In this document: positions 23,736-24,743 of the stretch, in pieces
Numbering within the stretch: the first letter of the stretch is position 1
Layout of the letters: each line of letters starts with the position of its first letter
Notes under the pieces: generated by a model
The model's input: the letters and a program-made list of their open reading frames with translations, nothing else
Databases searched by the model: none
What the model was told of the DNA's origin: nothing
From: Frankiales bacterium
Lineage (GTDB): Bacteria; Actinomycetota; Actinomycetes; Mycobacteriales; SCTD01
Assembly: GCA_004299215.1 (NCBI GenBank)
Contig: SCTD01000210.1
Span: forward strand, 1-24,743
Direction of reading: 5' to 3'
DNA: 24,743 nt
Translations under genes and position numbers: made by a program

Positions 23736-24743
23736 GCGGGGGCCTTGGCCACCGCGTCGGTCAGCACCTTCGTCGCCCACCCGTAGTCCGGCTTGCCGCT
23801 GGGCGAGCGCTGCATCAGGTCGATGACGTGCACGAAGCGCGGCACCTTGTAGCGCGCGATGCGCGAGGACAGGTGCTGCTCGATGTCCTCCTGCGACGGG
23901 GCCTCGTGCCCGTCGACGACCTGCAGCACCGCGGCGACCCGCTGCCCCCACCGCTCGTCGGGGATGCCGGCGACGACGGCGTCGAGCACGGCCGGGTGGC
24001 TCTTGAGCGCGCCCTCGACCTCCTCGGGATAGATCTTCTCGCCACCGGAGTTGATGCAGATCGAGCCGCGGCCGAGGAAGTGCATGGTGCCGTCCTCCTC
24101 GACGGTCGCCATGTCGCCCGGCATGACCCAGCGCTCCCCGTCGATCTCGACGAAGGTCTTGGCGGTCTTCTCCGGGTCGCCCCAGTAGCCCAGCGGGATG
24201 TGGCCCTTCTGCGCGACGCGCCCCACCGTGCCCGAGCCCCACGCGACCGGCTTGAGGTCGTCGTCGAAGACGTTCGTGCGCTCGTGCACGGTGAACTTCA
24301 GGCCGTCGCTGGCCTTGCTGCCGGGCTTGGCCGAGCCGTTGTAGCCGGTCTCGGTCGAGCCGAAGCTGTCGTTGATGTAGACGTTGGGCAGCTTGGCGTT
24401 GATGAGGTCGCGCACCGGCTGCGAGAGCAGCGCACCGGCCGAGGCCAGCACCAGCAACGAGGAGGTGTCGTACGACTTCTCCTCCAGCGCCTGGATGACC
24501 GGGATCGCCATCGCGTCGCCGACGATGGTGAAGGTGTTGATCTTCTCCTGCTCGATGAGCGACAGCGCGCCGTCGCCGGTGTAGCGGCGGATCAGGCAGA
24601 CCTTGCCGCCGCCGAGGAAGTTGATGAAGCTGCCGAGCTGGGCGGCGCCGTGCATGAGAGGCGGCGCCGGGAACGACACCAGCGGGCTGTTCGCGGCGGC
24701 GCGGGCGCCGGCTTCCTTCGGGCCGGCGAGCCGATCGCCGACC
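23732..24743 (-). CDS. fadD19: Steroid acyl-CoA synthetase, FadD19 (Rv3515c)-like; 5' part outside the window
   Basis: Frame open to the window edge. PPLMHGAAQ, VGDAMAIP, DSFGSTETG, GHIPLGYW.D..KTAKTF, GRGSICINSGGEKIYPEEVE, RSPSGKPDY. Confidence 0.8.
   Translation of the reverse strand, partial: VGDRLAGPKEAGARAAANSPLVSFPAPPLMHGAAQLGSFINFLGGGKVCLIRRYTGDGALSLIEQEKINTFTIVGDAMAIPVIQALEEKSYDTSSLLVLASAGALLSQPVRDLINAKLPNVYINDSFGSTETGYNGSAKPGSKASDGLKFTVHERTNVFDDDLKPVAWGSGTVGRVAQKGHIPLGYWGDPEKTAKTFVEIDGERWVMPGDMATVEEDGTMHFLGRGSICINSGGEKIYPEEVEGALKSHPAVLDAVVAGIPDERWGQRVAAVLQVVDGHEAPSQEDIEQHLSSRIARYKVPRFVHVIDLMQRSPSGKPDYGWATKVLTDAVAKAPA

Noticed and set aside
23736-24242. N-terminal extension of the 711-aa ORF
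   Set aside because: Overlaps fadD19 in another frame; fadD17 homology begins at GTG 23735.

Overview
High-GC actinobacterial DNA in two parts. (1) 1-~4580 is an accessory region. It holds a uracil-DNA-glycosylase-like gene truncated by a complete 2396-bp IS21-family element (istA-istB, imperfect ~56-bp terminal IRs, no target-site duplication visible), followed by several small or frameshifted membrane-protein ORFs. (2) ~4585-24743 starts with two secreted proteins (alpha/beta hydrolase, LVIVD-type propeller) and continues as a steroid/cholesterol catabolic cluster: kstR divergent from fadE34, an Rv3520c-like F420-dependent LLM enzyme, hsd4A-, fadD17- and fadD19-like genes, a divergent EthD/SnoaL and SDR/NTF2 quartet, and five KstR-type operator palindromes. 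The most notable feature is a six-gene Liv/HAAT-type ABC transporter operon with two unusual accessory membrane proteins. It lies directly downstream of hsd4A, the position occupied by the mce4 sterol importer in Mycobacterium and Rhodococcus, so it is a candidate alternative steroid uptake system (inference). No rRNA, tRNA or CRISPR array was seen. All family assignments come from motif recognition and recalled sequences, not from database searches.
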